From positions 165,758,247-165,797,443 of the forward strand of contig NC_068983.1 of NCBI RefSeq assembly GCF_001194135.2: a stretch of DNA of 39,197 nt, given 5' to 3'. This document shows positions 37,785 through 39,197 of the stretch, one piece after another. The first letter of the stretch is position 1. Each line of letters begins with the position of its first letter. A program made the translations under genes and the position numbers. The notes beneath the pieces are model-generated. The model was not told the origin of the DNA, did not search any database, and saw nothing but the letters and a program-made list of their open reading frames with translations. The stretch is from Octopus bimaculoides. Taxonomy: Eukaryota.

Positions 37785-38172
37785 TCAATCATTAGACTGT
37801 AGCCATACTGGAGCACCGCCTTAAGGCGTTTTTTATCCGAATTAATCGCCCCCAGTATTTTTTAAGCCTTGCATTTATTCTATGGATCTCTTTCGCCGAG
37901 CTGCTAAGTTACGAGGACGTAAACACACCAGCATCGGTTGTCAAGCGGTGATGGGGGACAAACACACATACACACACATATATCCAAGAGTTAAGGAATG
38001 GAATAGATAAGATCCGGGCTACATATGTTTCATATTGAGCGGAACCTTGAAAGTGGTAAATATCCAAGGGAGATGTAATCCAAGCGCAGAAGACAGTTAC
38101 CTAAGTTGCCAGGCAGTAGAACTGAACCTGGAACCATGTGGTTGGGAAGCAAGGTTCTTACCACACAGCCAC
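37785..38172 (-). mobile_element. SINE family A composite copy with degenerate middle
   Basis: Body half 37785-37965, then (CA)n and about 100 bp of unrelated or diverged sequence, then head half about 38085-38172 (gaacctggaaccatgtggttgggaagc...ccacacagccac). Confidence 0.75.
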
Positions 38173-38964
38173 CCCTGTTCCTGTTAATTATTATTTTTAA
38201 GTAGAACTTTGTAGCAAAAATGTCACCTGGGCTACATTTAACCAATGAAGAGTCACGTTATGCAACTCTGTCTCAAAAAGGTGGACAGCAAATATAAAGA
38301 GATGCAACGGTGTAACTAAGGTGATCTTCTCTAAATGCTAAATAAAACCAATTAGAAAGAATCTTCAACTATCCATCGGCCGTCGTTGTCTTGGAGGATT
38401 ATGCAGAGCAGCTACAGAGAGGGGTGCGAGGGGGAGGGCAGAGTCAAAAACTTTCACTCTTTTATTGGAGTAAAGAACTTCTATAGTGATTGTGAAATCA
38501 TTTAGGGCCGACAAGACATTTTGCAGAACTGACCGAAAGCTATCAATAAACGACAAAAAGAACCAAAACCTACCAAATGTATTATCGGTGTAATGTTTCT
38601 TAATTAGGAGCGAAGATTCATTTAAATTCCTCATTACATGTTAATTAGTTCCTTCATCAATTACAGCTGTAGGTGTCGTCATTATTTTTGTCCAGTTAAA
38701 TGAAGTAAATGTAACTCATCAGATTAAGTATTCCGTCTTCATTTTGGGATTGTATATAAATGGTAACTTGAAGAATTTAATTTGCAAACAGATTCCAAAG
38801 TTTTGTGTGAAAACGCGAAACCTTGAAATAGGAGACGTTTTCTTGATTATCTTGTTATTGATAATGAAACCGAAGCCGATGTTGATGACGATGTTGATGA
38901 CGATGACGATGTTGATTATGATGGCGATGACTACAGTAGTGGTTATATCTTTATCATCTTTTAC

Positions 38965-39131
38965 TTGTTTCAATCACTTGACTGCGGCCATGCTGGAGCA
39001 CCACCCTGAAGGGTTTAGTCTAACAAATCGACTCTAGGACTTATTTTAAGTCTGGTACTTGTTCTAACGGTTTTCTTTCCTCGAACCGTAAATTACGGGA
39101 ACGTAAACAAACCAACAAGGGATGGGTGGGA

Positions 39132-39140
<9 letters not shown>
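38965..39140 (-). mobile_element. SINE family A body and tail fragment followed by (CA)n
   Basis: gactgcggccatgctggagcaccacc...aatcgactctaggac...ggtactt...gggaacgtaaacaaaccaac...gggacaaacacacac. Confidence 0.8.
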
Positions 39141-39162
<22 letters not shown>

Positions 39163-39166
39163 TCAT

Positions 39167-39197
<31 letters not shown>

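Overview
AT-rich, microsatellite-saturated eukaryotic DNA with ten N-gaps, most flanked by simple repeats. The repeat families look like those I associate with octopus (coleoid cephalopod) genomes; this is an inference, not a database match. The window is mostly intron of a large minus-strand gene. One exon is unambiguous: 1843-2124, a complete I-set immunoglobulin domain of the titin/twitchin/obscurin/MLCK type, in phase 1-1. One short exon is plausible (13434-13501) and several others are weak candidates. Nearly all ORFs in the supplied track are microsatellite or gap translations. The introns hold several tRNA-derived SINE families, two decayed Tc1/mariner-superfamily transposons and two MITEs. 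Most notable are three mutually dissimilar pyrimidine-rich units, each ending in a hammerhead-ribozyme-like core, the architecture known from Penelope-like retroelement terminal repeats. The copy in host-gene sense has a catalytic-core substitution, while the two antisense copies keep CUGANGA. There are also two near-perfect hairpins about 250 bp apart at 14.1-14.5 kb, a closely spaced inverted SINE pair, and a possible two-exon antisense transcript.
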